NCBI RefSeq assembly: GCF_006345805.1
Contig: NC_043013.1
Span: 45,322,001 to 45,386,000 of the forward strand
DNA length: 64,000 nucleotides
Origin: Octopus sinensis
Taxonomy: Eukaryota
Direction: 5' to 3'
The stretch's first letter is position 1, and each line of letters opens with the position of its first letter. The notes under the pieces were generated by a model. That model saw only the letters and a program-made list of their open reading frames with translations. It made no database searches and was not told the DNA's origin. The translations under genes and the position numbers were made by a program. Positions 1-12,380 of the stretch are shown piece after piece.

Positions 1-200
1 CAGCATGCTGATCAAAATGCTTAGCAGCCTTTTGTCTATTGTTATGTTCTGATTTCAAATCCTGCTGAGGTCACCTTAGCCTTTCATCCTTTTGAGGTCA
101 ATCAAATCAAATACCAGTTGACCACTGGGGTTGATGTAATTGACTTAACTCACCCTCCACTCCGAACTTGCTGGCCTTGTGCCAAAATTTGAAACCATTA
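1..200 (+). mobile_element. SINE family B copy (5' end cut by window edge), diverged
   Basis: Matches other copies: gttctga(g/t)ttcaaat B-box, gcctttcatcctt..ggtc, ctggggt(c/t)gatgtaat(c/t)gact, and tail ttgctggccttgtgccaaaatttgaaacc. Confidence 0.75.
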
Positions 201-819
201 TGATAAGTAAGTTACAACTTAGTCTCTCTTGGCTGTCATAATGGTGACCCCACCAGCACAAGGAACTGAAATCAACCTTTTAAGTAAAGAAATTATTTGT
301 CAAACTTCACTTTCGTATTTCTCTCTGTATTCACTTGACATGCATGAAATAGCAGCCAAGTCATCCTAAAATCAATCACTACCAACTTAAAAGAAAAGTG
401 TACAGTGAAAATATATAGTCCCCTAGATAACCCTAAAAGATGGGATGGCCGCAGCTGGAATCAAGGCTGACGTAAGACCTGGTAGATATGAGTACTGAGC
501 GTTGAATACTGCCGTTCTGGACACACACTACACATGTGAACCCTTAAACTAATGATTGATCTTCTGGTAACTTATTCACTCAGCTCTCCATCTGCCATAA
601 GCAAATGAAAGCATACATCTGTTGTTTCCAACAATATGAAGGACAAGACGAAGATAAGCCTAACCAGGACTGATTTGAGCTACCCTGATTGATCCTTGCA
701 GTTATCAAAAAGGTTTCTCTCTTGCCTGGGTTTCCTTAGGTCAAAGGGAAAGGCAAGACAGGTACATTGATAGGAACAGCCAGATGCAGAGGTTGCCACG
801 GGAGTCAACAATAATCCTC

Positions 820-894
820 CTCCTCATCATCATCATCATCACGACGTCGACGCCAACAACAACCACCACCACCACCACCACCACCACCACCACC

Positions 895-928
<34 letters not shown>

Positions 929-963
929 TCATCATCACCACCACCACCACCACCACCACCATC
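820..963. repeat. Compound trinucleotide microsatellite (CAT/CAA/CAC)n
   Basis: Direct reading; source of the poly-T/I/V/M ORFs. Confidence 0.95.
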
Positions 964-989
964 AACTCCTGCACAAACCTGCCCTATGG

Positions 990-1230
990 GTCCTAGCACT
1001 CACAGAGCTGGCTACCAAGTTTTCTTGGGATATGGTGACCAAGATCACAACATTCCTCCGTAACAGGATTCCAGTCCGTTGCCGGGTCACTCATTTACAG
1101 CTGAATGAACCGGAGCAACATGAAATGAAGTGTTTTGCTCTCAAGAACACAATGCACAGAATCGTCTTGGGATTGAAACCACGATCTTGTGATCATTAGA
1201 GCAACATCCTATCCACTAGATCATATGCCT
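990..1230 (-). mobile_element. SINE family D-like (tRNA head + CORE-like body), diverged, distinct tail
   Basis: actcatttacagctgaatgaaccggagcaacatgaaatgaagtg resembles the D body at 38300-38350 and 49490-49550. Confidence 0.6.
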
Positions 1231-1535
1231 TAATGAAGTCAATAACGCTAGACTCAAAAGCTTTAATGGGTTCCCACTTCATTCATAGGTTTGCTGGATA
1301 GTTGTTGATTCCTCGTTGAGTTTATCTACCTTTATAGGTATTGTTTTATCATCCTGTCAGAATATCTACAGACTCTCCACACAAGACAGTGAGACTCTAG
1401 TGTGGTGTTGGCAGTCACTGGCAATCCACCCATGAAATAGTTGTACTGGCTTACATGATCACTAGTACAGAATCATTTTTGATGTGACCTGATATATATA
1501 TATAACCCTTTAAAAACATTATTTAAAAATTTTTT

Positions 1536-1848
1536 TTATTTATGCACCCTTTTCAAGCCTAGCCAGGCTCATGGGCCCGGTTTCCCGGTTTCTGTGGCGT
1601 ATGTGTTCCCAACCAGCTGGACAGGATGCCAGTCCATCACAGCATTACTCAAGAAACAGGAAGAAAGAGTGAGAAAAAGTTGGGGGTGAAAGAGTACAAC
1701 AGGGGTCATCCCCACCCCCTGCCGGAGCCTTATGGAGCTTTAGGTGTTTTTGCTCAATAAACACACACAACGTCTGGTCCGGGAATCGAAACCGCGATCC
1801 TCTGACCGCAAGTTCATTGCCCTAACCACTGGGCCATTGTGCCTCCAC
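1536..1848 (-). mobile_element. SINE family C (tRNA-derived head), tail type i
   Basis: ccctaaccactgggccattg (A-box) and ggaatcgaaacc (B-box) in antisense; body shared with 37730-37928 and 42700-42895. Confidence 0.8.
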
Positions 1849-2648
1849 TTTAACAACATTAAACAAGTAAAATTGTTAGAACTAAGGATAAAACAAAAAC
1901 AAAAAAAAACCTCCAAATAACTCAGAACAAAACAACTTTGTCTATTTTATATCACCTGCTCCAAATAAATAGCAATATTGATTTATTTTGAAGCAGTATG
2001 AGGTCAACTTCTGAAGCAAAAGCTCCAGTTTTTGAATTAATTAATTACTAAACAATTCTATTTTTCTACACCAACGAATCTTGTATATTTATTCATTGAT
2101 CCTATCACTACTACTCCAGCAAGTCTAGTGACGGCTATGATTTGCTAAAGAAATCAGAATAACAATGAAACATGTCTGCAGTTGTTTCCCATCCTTTGTG
2201 GCAGTGAGGAATGAAAATGATATATATTAGTCATTGATAAATATATTTCTCACAACATTTATGTCTACTTAGCTTTCTTATAATCTCTGCATTATATGTC
2301 AACATTTACAATATTATATTCATGCAGATCTCATCTCTGTGTTATTTGTTCTCTAAACAATTCTATTTTCTTGCACCCACATGTGTGTGATCTTGTACAT
2401 TTAAATCATTATTGCTTTGGCAAGTATGGTGAAGTGAAGGCTATACTTTGCTGTTAAGGTCAGAATGAAAGTGAATCATATCTGGATTTGTCTTTCAAAT
2501 ATGCCAGAAGGAAAATGGAAAATAACATTAGTTCTTAAAGTATTTTTTCTCCATACATCATAATTCATTTTTTTTTCATTTTCATCTAGTTTCAGCTCAT
2601 GAGCTGTGGCTATGCTGGGGCACCGCCATCGAAAATAAAGATAGGCGC

Positions 2649-2722
2649 TGTCCCAAGTGAGATTCAAACTCACGACCCCTGGTTTACAAGACCAGTGCTC
2701 TAAACCTCTGAGCTATTGGGGC
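2649..2722 (-). tRNA. trnT: tRNA-Thr(TGT) gene or recent pseudogene
   Basis: Reverse complement GCCCCAA TA GCTC AGAGGTTTA GAGC A CTGGT CT-TGT-AA ACCAG GGGTC GTGAG TTTGAAT CTCAC TTGGGAC A folds as a 74-nt cloverleaf; one acceptor-stem mismatch, T-loop TTTGAAT instead of TTCGAAT, TTTT run about 14 nt downstream. Confidence 0.8.
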
Positions 2723-3229
2723 ACACTATTTCTGGTTAGATCTTTTTTATTATTGCTCTTTATACTAAATATGTCAATGTTAACTTAAATATTATATTTC
2801 ACTAAATTCACCTCAGTATGTCACCAAAATTTGTTTTGATAATCTTTGAAAGAGGACAAAAAAAGTCAACCCTTGTGAAATTTGATCTCACAATGAAGAC
2901 AGTTGAAGCAAACACAGCAGTCATTTAGTTCAATGTTTTACTGACACAGTAATGCAATTATAGTGCCAAAATAATTTGGAAGTTTTTTTTTGTTAATTGG
3001 CAGGTTTATAGCTGTGTGGTTAAGGAACTTGCTTAAAAACCGTGTGGTTTTTTGGGTTCAATCCCATTACAAGGCAACTTGATCAAATGTTAGATTAATG
3101 TTAGGGAAACTTTTGGTGCTTGCAACTGTTATGATAGTTGCGGGAGTTGCTGTTACTAATTTTCCACTTGGAGGAGCCTTGGGCAATTTGAAGCTGTAGA
3201 AGAAAACTCAGTGACAGATGGCAAGGCTC

Positions 3230-3610
3230 ATCACAGCCATCATCATCATCATTGTCGTCATCATCATCATCATCATCATTGTTGCCATCATCATTATCAT
3301 CATCATCATCATCATTATCCTTATCTTCATCATCATCATCATCATCATCATCATTGTTATTATCATCATCTTCGTCATCTTCGTCATCATCGTCATCATC
3401 ATCATTGTCGTCATCATCATCATCAACATCATTGTCATCATTATCATTGTTGTCATCGTTGTCATCATCATCATCATCATCATTATCCTTATCTTCATCA
3501 TCATCATCATCATCGTCATCATTGTTATCATCATCATCTTCGTCATCATCATCATCAACATCATTGTCATCATTGTCATCGTTGTCATCATCATCATCAT
3601 CAACGTCTTC
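3230..3610. repeat. Degenerate (CAT)n array with a 168-bp internal duplication
   Basis: Marker ttatccttatctt at 3315 and 3483. Confidence 0.9.
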
Positions 3611-3960
3611 ATTTAGCATCCATTTTTCATGCTGGCATAGCTTCAATGGTTTGACATGCACAAACAATCTAGAGGGCTGCACCAGGCTCCAGTCATCTGA
3701 TTTTGGCATGGTTTTTGCGGCTGGTTGCTCTTCCCAACACCAACCATCCACAGAGTGTACTGGGTGCTTTTTAAGTGGTGACTACAGGAGTGCTCCTTAT
3801 GTGGCACCAGCACAGGTGCCCTCTATGTGGTGCCAGTATGGGTGTGTTTTACATGGTGCTTGCATGGGTGACTTTTGTGTGGTGCTGGCATAAATGCTTT
3901 TTATATGACACTGGTACGGATACTTCTTATGTGGCACCTGCTCATAAAACCAAAAAGAAT
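3602..3960 (-). mobile_element. Family E element (RTE-related non-autonomous retroelement) with degenerate minisatellite
   Basis: Antisense match to 4010-4205 (ctggttgctcttcccaacaccaacc vs ggttggcgttaggaagggcatccag); the (CAT)n array is its tail. Confidence 0.6.
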
Positions 3961-4009
3961 AAAAAACAAAAACAAAAAGAAAACCCCACAAAACAGGTAT
4001 TGTAATTGT

Positions 4010-4205
4010 GCAGGTGGCATGTAAAAAGCACCCACTCCACTCGCGGAGTGGTTGGCGTTAGGAAGGGCATCCAGATCAGAAACTCTGCCAGATCAGACTG
4101 GAGCCTGGAGCGGCCCCTGGCTTCCCAGACCCCGGTCAAACCGTCCAACCCGTGCTAGCGCGGAAAACGGACGTTAAACGATGATGATGATGATGATGAT
4201 GATGT
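4010..4205 (+). mobile_element. Family E element 3' part with (GAT)n tail
   Basis: ggttggcgttaggaagggcatccag motif typical of RTE-related elements; ends gacgttaaacgatgatgatg. Confidence 0.65.
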
Positions 4206-4269
4206 AGTGTTATTTACACCATATTTTAAAACTACTATCACGTACTATACTAACTATAGGCTAACGAGG

Positions 4270-4730
4270 GAACTGCCAAACATATTCACACATTGCTAGA
4301 AATAGCAGCCAAATTCCCTGTCAGATCACAACCTATCATTTTAAACAAGAAGAATATACTGGATAGTGTTATCCTGAGTACATTATACTTGGGGAAAAAA
4401 AGATGGGATGGTCACAGCTGGAGTGCTTTGAATGAAAGCTCTGAACCATGAGAGCTGACCCAGAGCTAAGCAGGAGTGACAATAATAACATTGTTTTATT
4501 ATACTACATATTTATACAACCACATTTAATCCTTCACTGCATGCTAGACTATATTTTCTTGTCACAAGTCAATGTATGAGTCCCTCCATGGTGGGTTGAC
4601 TGACCTGTAAGAAATAGCAGTCAAAACTCCTGTAACTCACACCCCATCCTCCTAAAAAGGAAAAGTACACTGGATTAGATAATTCTAGGTAACACTATGT
4701 TTGGAATAAAAGATAAGGTGACCATAGTCT
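4270..4730 (+). repeat. Two tandem copies of dispersed repeat family F (also about 340-480, 9430-9570, 10290-10610)
   Basis: Shared gaaatagcagc(c/t)aaa..ccct and gggatggtca(c/t)(a/g)gctgg motifs at several loci. Confidence 0.55.
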
Positions 4731-4799
4731 AACTGTATGTTTTATATGTTTATATCCATGTATATTTGTATACATATATATATGTATGTATATATATAT

Positions 4800-4878
<79 letters not shown>

Positions 4879-5016
4879 ATGGATTGTTGATTGTTTATCT
4901 TGTATCCGTAATTATTTGATGTTAGAATCTATTATATGTATTGTTAAGTGAAGATTACTATAAATAAAATAATATTGTTATTATTGATAAACATAATAAT
5001 CATAATAATAATAATC

Positions 5017-5061
<45 letters not shown>

Positions 5062-5064
<3 letters not shown>

Positions 5065-5619
5065 GCCCTGATGCAGTACCAGGCAGTGGCTCTCGTGACT
5101 TCTGATCTTAACTGATTGGAAGTGTTATCATGTACATTGTTTTGTCTTGGTATAAAAGATGAGCTACAGCAAATATTCTGCTCAGTACCACAGATTTGCT
5201 TGTCAGTTGTTTGACCATAACCAGTTGAGCATGTCCCTTAGTGGCTGCCGATATGTGCATCTCTGATCACGAGCAGAAGTATTGGGGGAGCATCATAGCC
5301 ATGTATTGAAAGGAATTCTTTGGGGTTTGAATAATTCACCTCTGGAAACATGGGTGATTCATTCAACATCCTTAAACAACCCTTATTCAGGGACCTTTTG
5401 AGCGGGATGGGTTACTCAACCAGAAGAAAATTCTAACTGGGCCTTACCTGCAAGGTCATGTGCTGTTTATCTTGATATGAGATCACCATGTCAAACCCAT
5501 ATGGTTGTGATGCATGTGCCTAGTGTACCCTTATCAGATGGGTAGTCATGATGGGTATACTGGGGCTTCATATATTTTACCCCTGTGTCACTTTGATGGC
5601 ATGCACTGCTCTCTCACTC

Positions 5620-5671
<52 letters not shown>

Positions 5672-6268
5672 GCCCTGATGCAGTACCAGGCAGTGGCTCT
5701 CGTGACTTCTGATCTTAACTGATTGGAAGTGTTATCATGTACATTGTTTTGTCTTGGTATAAAAGATGAGCTACAGCAAATATTCTGCTCAGTACCACAG
5801 ATTTGCTTGTCAGTTGTTTGACCATAACCAGTTGAGCATGTCCCTTAGTGGCTGCCGATATGTGCATCTCTGATCACGAGCAGAAGTATTGGGGGAGCAT
5901 CATAGCCATGTATTGAAAGGAATTCTTTGGGGTTTGAATAATTCACCTCTGGAAACATGGGTGATTCATTCAACATCCTTAAACAACCCTTATTCAGGGA
6001 CCTTTTGAGCGGGATGGGTTACTCAACCAGAAGAAAATTCTAACTGGGCCTTACCTGCAAGGTCATGTGCTGTTTATCTTGATATGAGATCACCATGTCA
6101 AACCATATGGTTGTGATGCATGTGCCTAGTGTACCCTTATCAGATGGGTAGTCATGATGGGTATACTGGGGCTTCATATATTTTACCCCTGTGTCACTTT
6201 GATGGCATGCACTGCTCTCTCACTCAATAATAATAATAATAATAATATAATAATAATAATAATAATAA
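5062..6268 (+). mobile_element. Two near-identical head-to-tail copies of a ~558-bp element with (TAA)n tails (likely 3' UTR of a TAA-targeting LINE)
   Basis: Units 5062-5620 and 5669-6226, period about 607 bp; I saw one difference (aaacccatatgg/aaaccatatgg); diverged copy at 16030-16500 (-). Confidence 0.85.
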
Positions 6269-6354
6269 TTCAGTAATGTTTAATGGGGGCTGGCCAAGGG
6301 TTCAGCAACTACGTTGCATGTCAAGTCACATTGCACTCCACTTTATATCTTTTA

Positions 6355-6600
6355 TTTTTATCTTTTTCTTGTTTCAGTCATTATTAGACTGTGGCTGTAC
6401 TGAGGCCCCATCATGAAGAGCTATTAGTTGAATGAATTGACCCCAGGCCTTACGTTTTTGAAAGCTTGGTACTTATTTTATTGATCTCTTTTTTTGAGCT
6501 AAGTTATGGGGACATAAACACACCAACATCAGTTGTCATGTGGTGGTGAGGGATAAACACAGACATAAAGAGACATACATACTCACACACATCATCATCA
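6355..6600 (-). mobile_element. SINE family A, 3' half, diverged
   Basis: ttgtttcagtcatt...ggggacataaacacacca matches the family A tail. Confidence 0.65.
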
Positions 6601-6680
6601 TCATCCTCCTCATCTAACATCTGCTTTCCATGCTGGCATGGGTTGGACAGCTTGACTGGAATTGGTCAGCCAGAGGGCTG

Positions 6681-7276
6681 GGATCTTTTCCTTTTGAACA
6701 GCAGACAATTTCTAGTTAACTAAACACTTTTAAACTTCGTATACTGGTAGAATGTGTCAAAATAAAACATTTTTTTCTCTTGGCTTTCTTGAGAAAATTG
6801 TAATTTGTTTGTTTAACGTAGTTTAATTTTTCGAATTTTAACCACTCCTATGCTCTCTTTTGAGCTAAAATCATTTGCTGCGTCTAAAACTGAGACACCA
6901 TCATACACACGCTTTCCGTATACGTACGGAAAACGTGTATATAAAATTATAAAATTATTTTGTTTGTTAATTGTTTAAATCATTTTCCATTGCTTTCGGT
7001 TTTTCTTACACGTGTAACAATTAAATTAATTTAACAATTAAGAAAAAAAAAATTAGGGTTAGGGTTAGTTACAGGATGTTGCAGACACAGCAAATGATTT
7101 TAGTTGAATGGAGGTAATCGATTGGTTAAAATTGCATCTTACAAACTATAGAATTTTCTCAATAAAGCCAAGAAAAAATGATGTTTTATAAACACATTCT
7201 ACCAGTATACGAAGTTTAAAAGTGTTTAGTTAACTGGAAATTGTGTTGACATCTGCCGTTCAAAAGGAAAAGATCC
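6681..7276. mobile_element. Merlin-like MITE, long-TIR variant, inserted into a family E element
   Basis: GGATCTTTTCCTTTTGAAC...GTTCAAAAGGAAAAGATCC ends; ~125-bp imperfect inverted arms; perfect 8-bp TSD GAGGGCTG; internal ttagggttagggttag. Confidence 0.85.
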
Positions 7277-7750
7277 GAGGGCTGCACCAGGTTGCAGTCT
7301 CATTTGGCATGGTGTTCTATGTCTGGATGCCCTTCTTAATGCCAACTATTCCAAGAGTGTAATGGGTGCTTTTTATGTGCCGCCAACATGGGTGTCGTTT
7401 ACAGGACACCAGCAATGACCACAACTCGATTCCACAGGTGCTGTTTACGTGACACTGGCAACGGTCACAGCTATGATTTCACTTGGCTTGATGAGTCTTT
7501 CTCAGCATAGCATATCGTGGAAGGTCTCGGTCACTTGTCATCACCTCTGTGAGGCCTGACATTCGAAGATTACACAACCAGCAACGGTCACGGTTATGAT
7601 TTTACGGGTGCCATTCACATGACACTGGCAATAACCATGACTATGATTTCACTTGGCTTGACGAGTCTTCTCAAGTGCAGCATATTCTCAAAGGTTTCGG
7701 TCCCTTGTCATCACCTCTGTTAGGCTCAACAATCAAAGCTCATGCTTCAC
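7277..7750 (-). mobile_element. Family E element continuation with a ~170-bp internal tandem duplication
   Basis: gagggctgcaccagg continues the sequence interrupted at 6680; ctatgatttcacttggcttga at about 7470 and 7641. Confidence 0.6.
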
Positions 7751-7816
7751 AATTTCATTCCATGTCCTCCTGGGCCTACCTCTTCCACAGGTTCCCTCCA
7801 CAGTTACAGCTCAGTG

Positions 7817-7972
7817 AACTTCTTTCAGTTTCTGCCAACTCAAACCCGCTCACAAGGTTTTGGTTGGCCTGAGGCTATGATAGAAGACACTCGACCTAGG
7901 TACCATGCAGTGGGACTGAACCCAGAACCATGTGGTTGGGAAGCAAACTTCTTACCACACAGCCTAGCCTAT
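7817..7972 (-). mobile_element. SINE family A, 5' half
   Basis: cagtgggactgaaccc (B-box) and cttaccacacagcc (A-box) antisense. Confidence 0.75.
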
Positions 7973-8004
7973 ATTTTTTTACTTCCTTATCATATACAGC
8001 TCTA

Positions 8005-8157
8005 GAGGCATAGGTGTGGCTGTGTGGTAAAAAGCTTGTTTTCCAACCACAGGCACCCTGCACGGCACCCTGGGCAATTTGTCTTCTACTATAGCCCCAG
8101 GCTGACAAAACCTTGTGAGTGGATTTGGTAGGTGGAAACTCAAAGAAGCCTGTCATA
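8005..8157 (+). mobile_element. SINE family A, 5' half
   Basis: gtggctgtgtggtaa head; ccttgtgagtggatttggtag body. Confidence 0.75.
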
Positions 8158-8167
8158 CACACACACA

Positions 8168-8369
8168 TACTCTTTTACTTGTTTCAGTCATTTGACTGCG
8201 GCCATGCTGGAGCATCGCCTTTAATCGAGCAACTCGACCCCGGGACTTATTCTTTTGTAAGCCCGGTACTTATTCTATCGGTCTCTTTTGCCGAACCGCT
8301 AAGTGACGGGGACATAAACACACCAGCATCGGTTGTCAAGCAATGCTAGGGGGACAAACACATTCATAT

Positions 8370-8443
<74 letters not shown>

Positions 8444-8600
8444 TACATACACACACACACACACATGCACACACCACGAGCTACTTTCACTTTCCGGCTA
8501 CCAATTCTCTTGGAAGGCTTTTGTTTGCTCTGGGGTATATAATACAAGACACTTGCTGAAGGTGCTGTGCATGGTTAGAAAACAAACTCCTTAACTACAC
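8168..8600 (-). mobile_element. SINE family A, near full length with central (TA/CA)n
   Basis: Close match to the family tail; head diverged. Confidence 0.8.
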
Positions 8601-8668
8601 CTGTTCTATTCTATATAGTTACACTATAATACTGCGCCATGCTATATTGTTACACCAATACCGTATAC

Positions 8669-8888
8669 CAGTGCTTTTCAAACTTTTTGCTGGAGCGGAA
8701 CCCCAAGGAAGCATTCCACTGGCTCGAGGAACCCCTCTGCAATAATTTAATAGTCTTATGCACACATATCTGCACAGGAGAATTAAAAATTACTACCGAT
8801 TTTAGCAGTTTTGGTAACTTCTTGCGGAACCCCTGGACTGTACTGGCGGAACCCTAAGGTTCCGCGGAAGCCAGGTTGAAAACCACTG
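8669..8888. mobile_element. hAT-superfamily MITE
   Basis: TIRs CAGTGCTTTTCAA / TTGAAAACCACTG and perfect 8-bp TSD CCGTATAC (8661-8668, 8889-8896). Confidence 0.9.
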
Positions 8889-9303
8889 CCGTATACCATG
8901 TTACACTACATTGTATTAAAACAAATACAGTGGGAGTCGCTTATTTGCTCACTTTGGCTCGAACAGATAACAATAGCCGGTTGATAACATTAATCAAGGA
9001 ACATACAATTGCTTGGACGTGTTTGGGGGACCCATTAGTTTTGGTAACTGTTTTGTAAACTGATTTCATAACTTTATCCATTATTACAATTAGCGGCTTC
9101 CATTATATTTTTGCTTCTATCACAATTACCACACGACCACGAGATATTTCTCATGGCAGAGGCATTTCTGTTGCGTAGCCACTATTTTGAACAACATCAA
9201 CAACTGAGCAATGCGCCGGTGAGGAAAACTGCACGTTGTTTACTCGACCTTCTAGTAACAGCAGAGAAATCTTCCACGAATCTCATCCTGCCAACTTGAT
9301 ACA

Positions 9304-9386
<83 letters not shown>

Positions 9387-9639
9387 TATATACATACACA
9401 TATATATATATACATATATTACGATATATATTACGTACACATACACAGTCACATTGGATGTGTTTCTAAAAACGCAAGAAAAAAAAACATGATGGTCATG
9501 GCTGGTATGCTTCTGATCATAGACCTGAACAACTCGATCAGCAGTGGCCTAGGGCTAAACAAAAATAACAAAAAACGATAACCAAACCACAACACAACGT
9601 ACGCTGCACTATATATATACATACATACATACATATATA

Positions 9640-9713
<74 letters not shown>

Positions 9714-9775
9714 ATACATACATACATACATTTTACAATATATATATATTATATGTATGTATGTATGTATATATG

Positions 9776-9812
<37 letters not shown>

Positions 9813-9908
9813 CTTATATATATATATATAATATATATTATATATATATTACATATGTATATATATAATACACACACACACACATATATATATATATAGT
9901 ATATAATA

Positions 9909-9940
<32 letters not shown>

Positions 9941-11986
9941 TAATATATATATATTATATATCATATATACATACATATATTATACAATATATATATATAT
10001 GTATGTATTGCTGCTATTGCTGCTACTCCTTGGCATTATCAGTCTGTAAACACACAGAAAGAAAACAACAAGAGCTGTTGTGTACCGGAGCTATTTATTT
10101 CTGTTGCATAATAAATATTGTTTTGAAGTAACTACGACGAGAGCAGCAGCAGCAGCAGCAGCAGCAGCTATGGAAATAAGTGCACGGGTTAACATAATCA
10201 AAAACCCAGCAACTGCAGTAGCAGTGACAACACAAAAAAAAAACAAAAGCAGCAATGAAAAAAAACATAAGTACAGAGATAAGTGGTGGGGGAGGCCGCT
10301 ATGTGGGTTCGCTCGACCTAGATATATATGCTAGTCTGAAATAAAGACGGCATTGTCATGGCTGGAACGCCTCTGAATGTACTTCTAGGTCTGCTGCTCG
10401 TTCAGAAGTGACCTGCAGCTAAACAATAGCAAACAGCGATGACGACAACGCTGACAATAAACAACTGCGATGCACCAACAAGGGAAGGATCTCTTCGTGG
10501 TGGTTCGCTCGACCTGCTAAAAGTAGCAGCCAAAACTCCCTCACATCATGTTCCGTTGTCTTTTAGTATGGTCGTAACTAGAATCTAGACTAAGCTGGGG
10601 ATAAACATCATCATCATCATCATCGTCGTCGTCGTCGTGGTCGGTCGTCATCATCAATAACAGAGTTTGCAATTAATTGATGCAGTCATCACAATCGCAA
10701 CGCTGACGTCTGCAACTGAAGCCATAATAATCTTCGTCAACAAACACCGTCAGAAAGCATGAAGGAAGACTGCATCAGAATGCAGTTTGTAATAGTAGAA
10801 GCAAGTGGATTCGACTGTCACCGCCACCGCCACCATCTGTTACCGTCACCACCACCATCATCTGTTACCGCAAACACTACCACCCCCGTCTCCATCACCG
10901 CCGTTTCCGCTTAACATTACCAATATTAGCATAACCATCATTACCGCCATCATCATCACCACCACCACCGCTTTCATCACCACGATCATAACAAATAAGC
11001 GACTCCATTAGCACTGACATGTTGACTAACAACTGCTACCATCATTGCCACCATCTCCGTGTATTTAGAAATACATCATTGCTACCTCTGTGCACACCAC
11101 CATCGTCATCATCATTACCATCATTACCATCATTACCATCATTACCACCGTCATTACCATCAGCAAGATAGTGGACCAATAAGCATGGGAGGTAGCATGT
11201 ACTTTAATCTCTATTTTTCTTTCGTAATATGTGGTATTCACTGAATAGACATGAAAACGAATCCCGGAAAAAAAGTCACAGGAAAACTTCAATAAATGAC
11301 TGATTTAATGTTTTTTGTTTGTGTTATTGTTTCACTTAAGATATTGAATAAAACGTTTTTTTTTTTCACTTTGTAAATGATTCTATAAAGTGTGTTATCA
11401 TTGTGTACAAGTCATGTAGTGTCAGTTAATAAGCGACTTAAAATGTTTAATTACTTTAACTATTATTTATGGTATTTTAATGAAATGTGACATTTTTTCT
11501 TTTGACTTTATTTCCTCTCACTATGAAAACAACCGATTAATCTCCCAGCGACAACCATTTCATCAAACTGGTTAGATATAAAACGATTCTCTTTTTGTTT
11601 TTTTTTACCTTGTAATATCTAGATTATGTAGATTTAACTGACGAGTGTCTATATTTTACTGATGACATCTTAGTTTTAACTGGTGACCTTATGTCGTCTG
11701 GTCTAAAAAGGTGTCTCAATTAACGTCATTTTGTCTTGAGTATAATAATAACTGGCGACCTCGCTATGTCGTCTTGATCTCAGCAAACGACTCTGCTTAT
11801 GTCGTCACGCTCTAAACAGGAGGCTCTGATAATTTAGCCTCTGTCTTCTCAGTTCAAGTTTGCTGTTTTAACAATAAATCCAGTAGATCGTCGTACTCTA
11901 AACGTTATCCCTGTGAGGGTTATCTGTGAAACCAGATTGTTTAGCTATTATCAAGTGTGAGTCTTTTGTATAATGTTTATTTTTTG

Positions 11987-12380
11987 GGATGTTTTCGGTT
12001 TGAACGGCAGTTTTTAGAAATAATTTCCACGTAACTAAACACTTTTAAACTTCGTATACTGGTAGAATGTGTTTATAAAACATCTTTTTCTCTTGGCTTT
12101 ATTGAGAAAATTCTATAGTTTGTAAGATATTTGTTGTTTTTTTCTTCAATTTCTGCAATTTCAACCAATCACTGACGTCTATTGAGGTTAAAAACATTCT
12201 GTGCCGTATGAATATGTCCCTCGTTTAAGAAACAGATTGGGTTTATTTACATTTGTGAAGAAAAAAGATACCCTTCTCCCCACCCCTAACCCTAAAACAG
12301 ATTGAAATGCAATAGATCGATACTAGGGTCATAATTATGGGTGACAATTTCATATGACACCGTTCAAACCGAAAAGATCC
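11987..12380. mobile_element. Merlin-like MITE (~400-bp subfamily)
   Basis: Same sequence as 61931-62354; small deletion near the right TIR; TSD not clean. Confidence 0.85.
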
